From Lingula anatina (lineage: Eukaryota > Animalia > Brachiopoda): a stretch of DNA of 64,000 bases. The position numbers were made by a program, and so were the translations under genes. This document shows, piece by piece, positions 52,455-64,000 of the stretch. Positions within the stretch are counted from its first letter, which is position 1; every line of letters starts with the position of its first letter. The notes beneath the pieces were generated by a model that was given only the letters and a program-made list of their open reading frames with translations, was not told the origin of the DNA and did not search any database. The stretch lies in assembly GCA_051362555.1 (NCBI GenBank), contig CM120645.1:14260001-14324000 (forward strand), read 5' to 3'.

Positions 52455-52997
52455 TTCCTCCGACGGAATAGACCCTCCCCACCTGACACCCCTCTAATGG
52501 AAAGGACTCGCCCCTCCTGACACCCCCAATGGAATGGATTCGACCCACCTGTCACCCCTCCAATGGAATGGACTCGACCCGCCTGACGCCCCTCCAAAAG
52601 AATGGATACGACCCACCTTTCACCCCTCCGATGGAATGGATTTGCCCCACCTGTCACCCCTCCAATGGAATGGAATCGCCTCACCTGCCAACCCTCCAAT
52701 GGAATGGATTCGCCCCACCTGTCACCCCTCCAATGGAATGGAATCGCCTCACCTGCCACCCCTCCAATGGAATGGAATCGCCTCACCTGCCACCCCTCCA
52801 ATGGAATGAACTCACCCCACATGACATCCCTTTAATGGAATGGAATCGCCCCACCTGACACCCCTCCAATGGAAAGGAATCGCCCCACCTGGCACCCCTC
52901 CTATGGAAAGGAATCGCCCCACCAGGCACCCCTTATATGAAATTGACTTGCTCCACCTAACATCCTTCCAATTTAATGGTTTCTCCCCACCTGACAT
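52455..52997. repeat. 34-bp C-rich minisatellite (~16 units)
   Basis: Unit cacctgtcacccctccaatggaatggaatcgccc; phase markers at 52527, 52561, 52595, 52629, 52663, 52697, 52731. Confidence 0.95.
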
Positions 52998-53515
52998 TTG
53001 AAAGTTCATTGTCTGAATCATGTTTTCTTATACTTCTTTTTTATTTACTTAAATTTCGTATAATATTTATTCATTGATGTATCTTTTTTCATTTTTATTT
53101 TATTTATCTATTTATTTATTTGTTTAGTATAGTATTGTTATATATATTTTATTTTGTTGGACACGTTAGATCTCAAGGCAATAGCTAAGACGGCCTCAAT
53201 TAATACTCTTCAATTGATATTATCTTTAATTTCAATAAGTGCCATTACTATGTATGTAAAAAAGCGAACGGCGAACTAAAATTTGACCCACCAGGGTGCC
53301 TTTAGCTGGTATGCCTTGTCCTATGTTAAAATATAGGCCATCTTCGTCTTAACAAGGTCAAGGTTGAAAAACACGGAAGTGCTCGTAGTGAATGCGCAGA
53401 AAGTTAATCAACTTCCTGATGTGAGGAGGCTTGCTTCGCTTATCTGATATATTGACATTACGCGATGTTTTACATTTAATCTGTTATTGAATGACATATC
53501 ATTACCACTGTCGAG

Positions 53516-64000
<10,485 letters not shown>

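Noticed and set aside
52418-53021. Repetitive ORFs / CRISPR-like 34-bp repeats
   Set aside because: Head-to-tail minisatellite; the period is not a multiple of 3 and there are no spacers.

Overview
AT-rich, intron-containing animal genomic DNA; a lophotrochozoan such as a mollusc is my inference from the protein and repeat types. Left to right: (1) the 5' half of a spliced Gypsy-integrase-like GIN/Ginger gene (minus strand); (2) a probable multi-exon non-coding transcript running divergently from the RPS23 promoter; (3) a complete 4-exon RPS23; (4) a 26-coding-exon receptor tyrosine phosphatase (signal peptide, Ig, 4 FN3, TM, D1, D2; Ptp99A/R5-like) with a probable ~4 kb 3'UTR; (5) two intronless UDP-glycosyltransferases from a tandem duplication whose junction holds a palindromic MITE, into which a 3.6 kb long-TIR (Academ-like) element carrying two Harbinger-like MITEs has inserted; (6) a frameshifted, intronless, divergent protein kinase; (7) the 5' part of an FGD/frabin-like RhoGEF. 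Introns and intergenic DNA contain many MITEs, Helentron-type elements and mini/microsatellites. The most notable observations are the TE exactly at the UGT duplication junction, Arg replacing the UGT catalytic His, a tandem array built from a PTP splice acceptor, and the spliced integrase with triplicated promoter segments. All calls were made by eye without database searches; exon coordinates come from GT-AG boundaries plus frame continuity.
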